From assembly GCA_031425655.1 (NCBI GenBank), contig JANPJS010000231.1, positions 1-18,131 on the forward strand: a stretch of 18,131 bases of DNA, written 5' to 3'. The translations under genes and the position numbers were made by a program. Below the pieces are notes generated by a model. It worked only from the letters and a program-made list of their open reading frames with translations. It made no database searches and was not told the origin of the DNA. Shown here in pieces: positions 8,611 to 17,168 of this stretch; positions within the stretch are counted from its first letter, which is position 1; every line of letters starts with the position of its first letter. Source of the stretch: Abditibacteriaceae bacterium (GTDB taxonomy: Bacteria > Armatimonadota > Abditibacteriia > Abditibacteriales > Abditibacteriaceae).

Positions 8611-9786
8611 TTATCTCCAATGGAGTCCATCGCTCAGCGTATTGAGGTTGTCGCATCCGTGCTCGGTCACCACGACCATGTCTTCGATACGGACTCCGCC
8701 AAGGTCGCGGCGGTAGAGGCCCGGCTCGACAGTCAGGGCCTCGCCCGTCAGCAGCGCGGGGCCTTTGATGTCTAATAATGGTGGTTCGTGGACATCGAGT
8801 CCGATTCCGTGACCTGTTCCATGCGTGAGGGCGCAATAAGAAAGCGGGGCATTCGCGGCGGGCAGGCCGAAAGCGTAGCCTGCGCCCTGCATCGCCTGCA
8901 CGGTTGCGCGATGAACGGCTTCGCCCGTGACTCCGGCGGCGATGGATTGCTCGGCGGCCAATTTCGCGGCTCGCACGGCGGCGTGCATGCGTTGAACTTC
9001 ATCGGGAATCTCGCCATGCACCACGGTGCGAGTGCAGTCGCCGTTATAGCGCGTCTTGCGATAGCGCGGAAAAATATCCACGATGACAGGTTCGCCGGTG
9101 AGGAGTTCACCCGTGCCCAGATAGTGACAATCCGCTGCCGCCGGCCCGCCGGCAATAATCGCCATGGGATTGATAAAATCACGATCCAACAGCCAATGAT
9201 CGACCGCTGCGCGGACGCGCTCAGAAGTCAATGCTTGGCCCTCATGCAGGAGCACGCCGTCACGCCGGACGTTGGCGCAGGCGATTAACTCACACGCCAT
9301 TTGCACGGCGCCTTCGGTGATGCGCTGGGCCTCGCGTAGGTGCTCGATTTCTTCGGTGGATTTTTGGCGGCGTTCGCTGACCCATTGGTCGGGATCGCAT
9401 TCGATGATAATGCCGGCCTTGCGGGCGAAGTCCGCGAAAATGAGCGGCAGCGTGCGATCTCCCAGCGCCACCGTAACACCCGCGCGGCGCAGGCATTCGG
9501 CAGCGGCCTGGGCGTTTGCCGTTTCCCGGTCGCCCGACAGGCCGCCTGTGGGCGTAAAATCCGCCGGGCAGGCTACGCTATCGACGCGTGCCGATTGCCG
9601 GGCGCGATTCATTTCGATGTCGCGCAGAATCAGCACCGATTTGCTGCCGGTTTGCCCCGGAAGTTCGATGAATACGACTTGGTCGCAGACCGAAAAGCGG
9701 ATGCGCCAGTAAAGGCTGCTGTTAACTTCGGGGATGCCGGCGGCGATTCTTGCGACGGCGGGCGACGAAGTGGAAGAGCTATTCAT
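8611..9786 (-). CDS. M24 family Xaa-Pro aminopeptidase/prolidase
   Basis: Metal ligands in VDIFP, YNGDCTRT, HGTGHGIGLDVHEPP, TVEPGLY, GVRIEDMV. ATGA overlap with the upstream DPP-IV stop. Confidence 0.93.
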   Translation of the reverse strand: MNSSSTSSPAVARIAAGIPEVNSSLYWRIRFSVCDQVVFIELPGQTGSKSVLILRDIEMNRARQSARVDSVACPADFTPTGGLSGDRETANAQAAAECLRRAGVTVALGDRTLPLIFADFARKAGIIIECDPDQWVSERRQKSTEEIEHLREAQRITEGAVQMACELIACANVRRDGVLLHEGQALTSERVRAAVDHWLLDRDFINPMAIIAGGPAAADCHYLGTGELLTGEPVIVDIFPRYRKTRYNGDCTRTVVHGEIPDEVQRMHAAVRAAKLAAEQSIAAGVTGEAVHRATVQAMQGAGYAFGLPAANAPLSYCALTHGTGHGIGLDVHEPPLLDIKGPALLTGEALTVEPGLYRRDLGGVRIEDMVVVTEHGCDNLNTLSDGLHWR

Positions 9787-12086
9787 GATAGTGATGGAAG
9801 CGGCGAGGGAGTTGCGGGCAGGTTTGCGCCCAAATAGCGGGTCAGCGTTTCGTAGAGGTGACGCTTGGTGTTTTTGCCTTCATTAAGGCCATGACCGCAG
9901 TTTGGATAAGAAATCTGGGCAAACTGCTTATTATGGTTAATGAGTTCGTTCACCAAAACCTCGCAGTTCTGGTAGTGGCAGTTATCGTCGCCCGTGCCGT
10001 AAACCAGCAGCAAATTGCCCTTCAGTTGGTGGGCAAAGGTGATAGGCGACCCGTGGGTGAATCCGTCTTCGTTGTCGGCGGGCAGCCCCATGTAACGCTC
10101 CTGATAAATCGTATCGTAGAACCTTTGGTTGGCAACGAAAGCGATGGCCATCGCGGTTTGATAAAGCTCTGGGTAACGAAAAATGGCATTCAGGCTCATC
10201 GAACCGCCGCCGCTCCATCCCCAAATGCCAACGCGTGCCGCATCGAGATAAGGCCGTTGCCGCAGAATCTCCTGGGTCGCTGCCGCTTGATCGGCGGAGG
10301 CAACGCTGCCGATTTGCCGATAGACACTTTTGCGCCAGGCACGCCCCAACGGAGCCGGAGTGCCGCGATTATCAATGCTCATGACGACATAGCCCCGCTG
10401 CGCCAACATCGCGTGCCAAAGGTAGTTGTCGCCGCCCCAGGCATCAACAACTGTCGAGGCGGCAGGTTCGCCATAAACATGAATAAAAAGCGGATACGAA
10501 CGCGCGGGGTCGAAGTCCGGCGGCTTGATGCACCAGGCATCAACCACCACATCTTGGCCGATGTCCACTTTGAAAAACTCATGGGGGCACGGCGTGATTT
10601 CGGCCATTTTTTGCCGCAACGTGGCGTTGCCGGCTAATACACGCACGACCTCGTGCTCCGGCAGGCTGACCAATTCGATGACGGGCGGTTGGCCGAAACA
10701 CGAGAAGGTGTGAAACGCCCAAAGACCGTCTTTTGAGAAACGATAGGAATGTGCGCCCTGCTGCTCAATCGGCGAAACGCGTTCCGCTTCGCCCGTTCCA
10801 TCCAGCCGGGCACGGTAGAGGTAGCGTTGGGTCGGGTTGTCCGGAGAAGCGATGAAGTAAGCGAAGCCCCGTTGTTCATCCACACCCGCCACACTCATCA
10901 CGTCAAACTCGCCCGGAGTCAGCAAGCGAATCGCCTGATCTTTTACCCTGACCGCGTAAAGGTGCTGCCACCCATCGCGTTCACTGAGCCAGAGGAAACT
11001 GGCGCCTTTGTCAATCCACCGCCACTCGGACATCACTTCCACCCAGGCGTCGTCGCGGTCGGTGAAGATGACTTGCGTCTCGCCCGTTTGAGGGTCGCCG
11101 CTGATGACTTGATTGGTATTTTGCAGCCGGTTCAACTGTTGAAAAAGGATGCGTTGGGAATCGCTCGACCATTCCATGCGGGGAATGTAGTGATTCCTTG
11201 GATCCGGGTTCGGGTTGAACCATTGGGTGGCTCCGCCGTTGGCACCCACAACGCCTACCCGGCACGCGGAGTTGGTTTCGCCGACTTTGGGATAAGCGTA
11301 GGAAGTGATCTGCGGATAAAGCGAGTCGGTGTTGTTGACGAGTGAAAACTCACGAACGCCGGAGGTATCGAACTGCCAGTAAGCGATTGACTGGGAATCG
11401 GGACTCCAGCGCAGGCCGTTGCGCAGGTGGAACTCCTCTTCGTTGACCCAGTCGGCTGTGCCGTTGATGATGGTGGCGCAGCCATCAAATGTCAGTTGGG
11501 TAATTTGCAAATCTTGCAGAGATTGCACGAACAGATTGTTCTCGCAGACATAAGCGAGGCTATCACCATCCGGGGAGAGAGTGGCAAACATCATCGTCGA
11601 GGGCGCACACGCTCCGCCTAATTGCTGCAAAGTGCCCTCTTTGCGATTCAACAGCCAGTAATCCCCGCGCGTCTTTTCACGCCAGACCCGCTGCGCATTG
11701 GTGAAGACCAATAATTTTTCCGCATCTTCTGTCCACGCATAATTTTCAATCTTGAGAGGCAAATCCTGCCCCGCAGGGATGAGACTCGCAGCCGGCACGA
11801 TGATTTCACTCTGCCCGGATGCAGGATCATATTTGACGATGTCTTTTATCTCTTTGGCCTGCTCGGCGCTGGCAAAAGCTTCTGAGACTTCCAGCGTGGT
11901 ATAACCCGCACCGTCCTTGAACCAGTGCGCGGGGCCCCAACTTTCGCTCTTAAATTCCTGTTCGGGGCCGAAAATGCGCTCCACAGTCAAGGGGCCGCGT
12001 TTTACGGGGGCATCAGGAGCTTGAACTTCGGCAAAGGTTGGCGTCTCGCCGTGCGGTGGATTGGGAATAGGCTTTGTGTTTGGCAT
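9783..12086 (-). CDS. S9B dipeptidyl peptidase IV (DPPIV_N propeller + peptidase S9)
   Basis: DWVNEEE (Glu-Glu motif), YPKVGETN, GWSGGG nucleophile, GTGDDNCH, catalytic His in CGHGL. ATG at 12086. Confidence 0.95.
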   Translation of the reverse strand: MPNTKPIPNPPHGETPTFAEVQAPDAPVKRGPLTVERIFGPEQEFKSESWGPAHWFKDGAGYTTLEVSEAFASAEQAKEIKDIVKYDPASGQSEIIVPAASLIPAGQDLPLKIENYAWTEDAEKLLVFTNAQRVWREKTRGDYWLLNRKEGTLQQLGGACAPSTMMFATLSPDGDSLAYVCENNLFVQSLQDLQITQLTFDGCATIINGTADWVNEEEFHLRNGLRWSPDSQSIAYWQFDTSGVREFSLVNNTDSLYPQITSYAYPKVGETNSACRVGVVGANGGATQWFNPNPDPRNHYIPRMEWSSDSQRILFQQLNRLQNTNQVISGDPQTGETQVIFTDRDDAWVEVMSEWRWIDKGASFLWLSERDGWQHLYAVRVKDQAIRLLTPGEFDVMSVAGVDEQRGFAYFIASPDNPTQRYLYRARLDGTGEAERVSPIEQQGAHSYRFSKDGLWAFHTFSCFGQPPVIELVSLPEHEVVRVLAGNATLRQKMAEITPCPHEFFKVDIGQDVVVDAWCIKPPDFDPARSYPLFIHVYGEPAASTVVDAWGGDNYLWHAMLAQRGYVVMSIDNRGTPAPLGRAWRKSVYRQIGSVASADQAAATQEILRQRPYLDAARVGIWGWSGGGSMSLNAIFRYPELYQTAMAIAFVANQRFYDTIYQERYMGLPADNEDGFTHGSPITFAHQLKGNLLLVYGTGDDNCHYQNCEVLVNELINHNKQFAQISYPNCGHGLNEGKNTKRHLYETLTRYLGANLPATPSPLPSLS

Positions 12087-12284
12087 AAGCAAAGAGTTAT
12101 GTAATCGAAAAATAACAACTCAGGCGAGAAAATGGCCGGATACCGGGGTTTGATCAGAGGTGAGTTTGACCAAGCCGAAATCGGGGTTGTGAAACTGTTT
12201 GGTCGGGCTACCGCAGGCTCGGCTCGGTTGTCGCCCTCCAACGCCAATCCTTGTATTCCAGTGCGTAAAATATGCTCCCACTTA

Positions 12285-12510
12285 GAAGCTGTTTGAGAAT
12301 TCGTCAAAGCCTCAAATCGAAGACTTTTCAATAGGACACGGAGCTTCGCTTTCCGACCCGCAAGCGGGTGCCCCGAAACGGCGGCTTTGAAGGCGCGGTT
12401 TTACCGAACGAAATCAGCGAAAATCCGCGCATGAAATCTGCGTAGAGAAGCTCCGCGTCCTATTTAAAGCGCCTCAACCCAAGAGTGATAGCTATTTTTC
12501 AAACAGCTTC
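12285..12510. mobile_element. 226-bp MITE, IS5/IS1031-like, with TTA target duplication
   Basis: TIR GAAGCTGTTTGAgAAtT / rc GAAGCTGTTTGAaAAaT (12 bp perfect, 15/17). TTA at 12282-12284 and 12511-12513. No transposase. Confidence 0.85.
12330..12464. repeat. REP-like palindrome, copy 2, nested inside the 226-bp MITE
   Basis: aataggacacggagcttc ... gaagctccgcgtcctatt, 17/18 inverted repeat. Shares arm and hairpin modules with 7842-7968. Confidence 0.85.
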
Positions 12511-12732
12511 TTAGGTCGCTTGCCAACGATTTGAACAACTCTCCGATAAAAGCCGCTTCTTTGAGCGCGTAGTCATCCATTCTTTAGGATGAAATGAGAA
12601 AGGCGAACTTGCCGGCGATAGCATTCATTTTGTGGAGGCCACCGTGTCCGACTTGCCTGTTGGCGCGGCGGCACTACGCGCACGATTTCTTCAAGTTGCC
12701 TCTGCATCAGCACTAACGCGGCGTCTACCTGA

Positions 12733-12875
12733 GAGATAGTCTGAAAAGTCCCCTCCCCTTGCCGTTTAAGGGGAGGGTTAGGGTGGGGTTCTGCCATTTA
12801 CAGAACCCCATCCCCAGCCCTTCCCCTTGATACGGCAAAGGGGAAGGGAGTCTCCACCACTTTTCAGACTATCTC
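12733..12875. mobile_element. 143-bp MITE, IS5/IS1031-like, with TGA target duplication
   Basis: Perfect 17-bp TIR GAGATAGTCTGAAAAGT / ACTTTTCAGACTATCTC. TGA at 12730-12732 and 12876-12878. Clean excision restores a reading frame. Confidence 0.92.
12750..12850. repeat. G/C-tract REP-like palindrome filling the 143-bp MITE
   Basis: cccctccccttgccgtttaaggggagggttagggtggggttctg-ccattta-cagaaccccatccccagcccttccccttgatacggcaaaggggaagggag. Each arm is also a hairpin. Translates as the PHPNPPL..GEG pattern familiar from repeats near DUF559 endonuclease genes. Confidence 0.8.
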
Positions 12876-13093
12876 TGAGGTTTTTGCTGGGCCAGCAATT
12901 CGTCTTTCAACTGCTACGTCCATCCCGCAACCTGGCGTGGTTGATACCCGTCCGGATTTGGCGTTGAATCGTTCATCAGAGCAACACCGCTCATCAAGAG
13001 AACGGCGAGAAGGAAATAACTTTTCATTGTTGCTCAGCGTCGGCGCCGCGATGCCGTTGGCGACGCAGATGAGCTTGCTCTGACTCCACCGGA

Positions 13094-14038
13094 TCAGGCT
13101 CGCGAACTCCGCCTATCCGACGACCGGGAAATGGTTTTTCCAGGAATCTTGGGCCGCTTCTCGATACCGTCGTGGATAATTTTCAATACGCGCTTGCGCT
13201 CTTCTCCCTTCAACACGAGGCGCGGCGCGCGAACCCATTCTTTGCCAAGACCGGTTTCCTGCACCGCCAACTTGATGTATTGCACGAATTTGGTGCTGAC
13301 ATCGAGGTGCAGAAGAGGCGTGAACCAGCGGTAAATCTCGCGCGCCTTGTCCCACTCGCCGCGTCGCGTGAGTTCCCAGAAGTATTGGTTCTCCGCCGGG
13401 AAGGCGATGCCGGTGCCCGCCACCCAGCCGTCAATGCCAAGGATGCTGGCTTCGAGCGCGAGGTTGTCCACGCCGGTGAAGATGGCGTAACGGTCGCCGA
13501 CGGTGTTGTGCAAATCGGTAATGCGGCGCACGTCGCCGGAGCTTTCCTTGAGCGCAACGAAGTTTTTCCGGTCGGCCAGCTTTGCCAACAGTTCCGGTGT
13601 GATGTCGTTCGCGTAGCTGATCGGGTTGTTGTAAATCATGATCGGCAGCCCCGTGGACTTCGCCACGGTGCGGAAATGTGTGAGCGTTTCGTCAGGGTCA
13701 CCCTTGTAAAGCATCGCAGGCATGAGCATCACGCCGTCGGCTCCGAGTTTCTCCATGTCGCGCGTGTAGCGCACCGCTTCAGCCGTGCTCGTTTCAGCCA
13801 CGCCGCTCAGAACCTGAACGCGCCCATTCACGACTTCAATCATCGATTCCATGACGCGGCGTTTCTCGTCGCCCGTCATGGGCTGGTTCTCGCCGAGTGA
13901 GCCGAGGAAAACCAGACCCTTGATGCCGGACTTGATGAGCGATTCAACGTGAAAGGCGGTCGCGTCGAGATCGAGCGAACCGTCTTTGTGCATCTGAGTC
14001 GTGATGGCGGGGAAGACGCCGGTCCAGTGAGGTTTCAT
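13094..14038 (-). CDS. DHDPS-family protein, likely delta1-pyrroline-4-hydroxy-2-carboxylate deaminase (LhpC-like)
   Basis: WTGVFPAITTQ, GSLGEN, IYNNP, Schiff-base Lys in LKESSGD, REIYRWFTPLLHLD and VRAPRL as in the hydroxyproline-pathway subfamily. Adjacent to a Hyp dehydratase. ATG at 14038. Confidence 0.82.
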   Translation of the reverse strand: MKPHWTGVFPAITTQMHKDGSLDLDATAFHVESLIKSGIKGLVFLGSLGENQPMTGDEKRRVMESMIEVVNGRVQVLSGVAETSTAEAVRYTRDMEKLGADGVMLMPAMLYKGDPDETLTHFRTVAKSTGLPIMIYNNPISYANDITPELLAKLADRKNFVALKESSGDVRRITDLHNTVGDRYAIFTGVDNLALEASILGIDGWVAGTGIAFPAENQYFWELTRRGEWDKAREIYRWFTPLLHLDVSTKFVQYIKLAVQETGLGKEWVRAPRLVLKGEERKRVLKIIHDGIEKRPKIPGKTISRSSDRRSSRA

Positions 14039-14083
14039 AATCGTAAGAAAGTGTTTATTGCTCAGTCGTGTCGCTGGCAAGTT

Positions 14084-15187
14084 TCAGAAGATCTCTACAA
14101 TTGGGTTGCCGAGCACATCCATCTTCACCTGTATGCCGAGTCCCGGTGCTTTCGAGGCAGCCATGCGACCGTTAATACGTTTTGGCGCTCCGTCGGCGGT
14201 GCTGACGGTCACATAGCTGTTAAAGTCGGTGGTGGTGAAAAGAAATTCCGTGGGCGTGCTGTGCGCAAGATGCGCGATGGCGGCGGTTGCGATGTCGCCG
14301 CCCCAGGAATCCTCCAATGTCATGGCGATGCCCATGCTCACGCACAGGTCGCGAGCTTGACGGATTTTCGTGAGGCCGCCGAGCTTGCTGATTTTCAAAT
14401 TCACCACGTCCATTGCGAGGTCGGCCTTGGCGCGCAGCAGGATGTTCAGGTCATCAATGTTTTCGTCGAGCACAAATGGGTGGTCGCACTGCCGGCGGAC
14501 GGCAAGACATTCCTCGTAAGTCAGGCAAGGCTGCTCGATGTAAACATCCACGTCGCGCACGGCCTTGGCGACGCGCACGGCTTCGTGCTGCACCCAGCCA
14601 GTGTTAGCGTCGGCCACGAGACGGTCGCCGGGCTGGAGTTTCGCGGCGACGGCGCGGATGCGAGCGATGTCCACGTCCGGATCACCGCCGACCTTGAGCT
14701 GGAAACGACGGTAGCCTTCGGCACGGTAGTCCGCGACTTTGCCGGCCATTTCCTCCGGTGACTCCTGGGAGATGGCACGGTAAAGAACGACATCCTCGCC
14801 ATAACGGCCGCCAAGTAATTCACACACAGGCATCTGCGTTGCCTGGCCGAGAATGTCCCAGCACGCGATGTCCACGCCGCTCTTTACATAGGGATGGCCT
14901 TTGAGCGCCGCGTCCATGGTGCGATTGAGTTTGGCGAGCTGGCGTGGGTCTTCGCCCAGCAAATGCGGACCGAGTTCACGCAGGCCCACCCGCACACCTT
15001 CTGCATAGGCGGGCAGATAGAACGGGCCGAGCGGACAAACCTCGCCATGGCCCACGAGTCCGCTGTCGGTCTCGACGCGGACGACAGTGCTGTCGAACAC
15101 GGTGACGGATTTGCCGCCGCTCCATTTGTAAGTCGTCTCGTGCAGCGGCAATTCGACGCGATAGGCGAGGATTCTTGTAATTTTCAT
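14084..15187 (-). CDS. cis-3-hydroxy-L-proline dehydratase (enolase superfamily, MR/MLE subgroup)
   Basis: [35 protein letters not shown], metal ligands DAN / EQP / LDE, NLKISK, EDSWGGD, TDFNSY; closely follows the characterised c3LHyp dehydratase pattern as recalled. ATG at 15187. Confidence 0.88.
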   Translation of the reverse strand: MKITRILAYRVELPLHETTYKWSGGKSVTVFDSTVVRVETDSGLVGHGEVCPLGPFYLPAYAEGVRVGLRELGPHLLGEDPRQLAKLNRTMDAALKGHPYVKSGVDIACWDILGQATQMPVCELLGGRYGEDVVLYRAISQESPEEMAGKVADYRAEGYRRFQLKVGGDPDVDIARIRAVAAKLQPGDRLVADANTGWVQHEAVRVAKAVRDVDVYIEQPCLTYEECLAVRRQCDHPFVLDENIDDLNILLRAKADLAMDVVNLKISKLGGLTKIRQARDLCVSMGIAMTLEDSWGGDIATAAIAHLAHSTPTEFLFTTTDFNSYVTVSTADGAPKRINGRMAASKAPGLGIQVKMDVLGNPIVEIF

Positions 15188-15371
15188 GGGTTGCCGAAAG
15201 AAACGAAAATGCGAAAGAATTTGAATTGAGGGGTGAAAGATACGACTAATTTGTTTTTTCGGCCACTTAATCGTCCGGCTGGTGCAGCGGTCGGGAGATG
15301 CCATATATTTTGATGGAGATCCGTCCCGTTCCAAAGTGTAGCAGGCTCAATTTCAAGCGTGCAATTTGAAC

Positions 15372-15627
15372 TGAACTTGTCCCCATAAAATGGACAGCAA
15401 GAGAGGAGCTATTGTGTGTTGAGCTGATAAGCCAACTCAAAAGCAATCGGACATTTGTTGCCTCCTTCCCAGAGGGCGCCCGCAGAATGCCGGCAAATCG
15501 AGATGTAAAAGTTGGCGATATAGTCACCAACCAACCACGCTGCCTGACTCTTGCTGGCAAAGCGTCGCCCTCGCTGATCGGCCAGCAACTCGGCTTTAAG
15601 TGTGCCGAAAAAGCTTTTCGCCAGACC
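15372..15627 (-). mobile_element. IS3-family remnant: integrase C-terminus plus right terminal repeat
   Basis: AKSFFGTLKAEL...F.SK..A...DYIANFY...RHSA...CPIAFE (rve_3-type C-terminus), stop at 15409, then TGTCCATTTTATGGGGACAAGTTCA ending in CA at 15372. The 5' part is absent. Confidence 0.85.
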
Positions 15628-15953
15628 CAATGCAAAAGTCTTCGTCAGTTGACAAATCACACGAAACGCTGCGTTTTTCACGGCTTAGGGGTTTCGTTCA
15701 GCGCTCCAATGTTGTAGCGGGACGCTCTTGTCACCGCCATGCGACAACAGGAATTGGCGACCCCGCCTGTCGGAAAGTAAGCGTTGCGCTCGCCACTCCC
15801 GGTCTCCATTTCATCAATGCCGAAGAGATCAAGAACTTCTGGCGCTCTGATCCTTACGGCACTCTCCAATGGCGTGTTCTCGCCCGGCTTTCGTTATCGC
15901 AACCCCGTGATCAATTTCGTCTCCTATTGAATGATCAAACAGACCCCGAAATC

Positions 15954-17168
15954 ATGAAAACACCACGCATTCCCGCCATTCACTTTTTTCTCTGGCTGGC
16001 ATCGCTCATCTTGGCGGCTCATGTTCAAGCGAAGCCGCTCAAAGTCTTCATCCTCGCCGGGCAGTCGAACATGGAAGGCCACGCGAAAGTCGAGACATTC
16101 GATTACATCGGCGACGACCCGGCGACCGCGCCGCTGCTGAAGCAGATGCGCAGTGCGGATGGCAAGCCGCGCGTGTGCGACAATGCATGGATTTCGTATT
16201 TTACCGGCAGCGGCGACAATAACGGCGAGGGGTTCGGGAAACTGACCGCCGACTACGGTTCGCGGCGCAATCCGGCGGAGGACGGCGGAAAAATCGGACC
16301 GGAGTTCACCTTTGGCCTCACCATGGATGCGGCGCTTGAGGAACCGGTGCTCCTCATCAAGACGGCGTGGGGCGGGAAGTCGCTCTATTATGATTTTCGC
16401 CCGCCGGGCGCGGGTGTTTTTGCGCGCTCACCACAGGACGTGGAGAAGAACCGCAACCCGGAAGCCGGCTCCGGGCATTATTACAGGCTGATGGTCCAGC
16501 ATGTGCAAAAAGTGCTCGCCGACCCAAAACGCGTCTACCCGGAATACGACGCGGCCCAAGGCTTCGAGATCGCGGGTTTCGTGTGGTTGCAAGGCTGGAA
16601 CGACATGGTGAACCGCGATGTTTATCCCGAACTACCCAGGGGCAGCGTGGACAATCGCTTCGCCAAATACAGCGAGTGGATGGCGACATTCATTCGCGAT
16701 GTGCGCAAGGATTTCAAAGCGCCGAAGATGCCGTTCGTCATCGGCGTGATGGGCGTGGACGGCGCCAAGGCCAACCCCGGCATTCTCCAATTCCGCGCGG
16801 CCATGGCCGCGCCCGCAGCGCTGCCGGAGTTTGCAGGCAACGTTACCGCCGTGCAGACCGCGCCATTCTGGTCGGAAGAACTGGGGGCCATCGCCGGCAA
16901 ACAGGACAAAGTTCGCCAGATGAGCTACTTTCTGAACTCAAAGCACAAAGACCACGCAAATGCCGACGGCAAAATGACCGAAGAGGAGAAGCGCGAGTCT
17001 TTGAAGAAATTCGAGGCCGACCTTATATCGCCCGCCGAGAAAGCCCTCTGGGAGCGCGGTGCATCCAACGCCGGCTACCACTACCTCGGCTGTGCCAAAA
17101 CCTTTGCGCTGATGGGCAAAGCCTTCGCCGAAGCCCTAATTGTCAGAGATGTCGAACTGGCAAAATAA
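15954..17168 (+). CDS. Sialate O-acetylesterase (SASA, SGNH) family carbohydrate esterase, secreted
   Basis: Signal peptide ending HVQA, FILAGQSNMEG, IGPEFTFG, IKTAWGG, WLQGWND, GYHY. Start ATG 15954 rather than 15600. Confidence 0.9.
   Translation: MKTPRIPAIHFFLWLASLILAAHVQAKPLKVFILAGQSNMEGHAKVETFDYIGDDPATAPLLKQMRSADGKPRVCDNAWISYFTGSGDNNGEGFGKLTADYGSRRNPAEDGGKIGPEFTFGLTMDAALEEPVLLIKTAWGGKSLYYDFRPPGAGVFARSPQDVEKNRNPEAGSGHYYRLMVQHVQKVLADPKRVYPEYDAAQGFEIAGFVWLQGWNDMVNRDVYPELPRGSVDNRFAKYSEWMATFIRDVRKDFKAPKMPFVIGVMGVDGAKANPGILQFRAAMAAPAALPEFAGNVTAVQTAPFWSEELGAIAGKQDKVRQMSYFLNSKHKDHANADGKMTEEEKRESLKKFEADLISPAEKALWERGASNAGYHYLGCAKTFALMGKAFAEALIVRDVELAK

Larger units (their letters stand above)
12573..13027 (-). 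pseudogene. Disrupted secreted metallopeptidase-like gene (N-terminal part only)
   Basis: ATG 13027 MKSYFLLAVLLMSGVAL...YQPRQVAGWT*QLKDELLAQQKP|QVDAALVLMQRQLEEIVRVVPP. In-frame TAG at 12914-12916. Removing the 143-bp MITE plus one TGA restores the frame. Resembles the N-terminus of PVC 'metallopeptidase' proteins (GWTV...L..QL.EI.RVVP); no HExxH part follows. Confidence 0.7.

Noticed and set aside
12573..12797. 74-aa ORF MAEPHPNPPL...
   Set aside because: Chimera of MITE sequence and a pseudogene fragment; no evidence of expression.
12914..12916. In-frame TAG as possible recoding (pyrrolysine or readthrough)
   Set aside because: The gene is also MITE-disrupted and truncated, so simple decay explains it.
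15188..15334. 49-aa extension of the dehydratase
   Set aside because: Family homology begins at MKIT (15187).
15600..15953. 118-codon N-terminal extension of the esterase
   Set aside because: It begins inside the IS3 remnant and a signal peptide starts at 15954. A protein-like patch (LHFINAEEIKNFWRSDPYG) might be a remnant, but I cannot identify it.
17043..17053. gccctctggga matching the IS3 mini-insertion
   Set aside because: It lacks the GGGYRCCC part and encodes ordinary ALWE within the esterase; probably coincidence.
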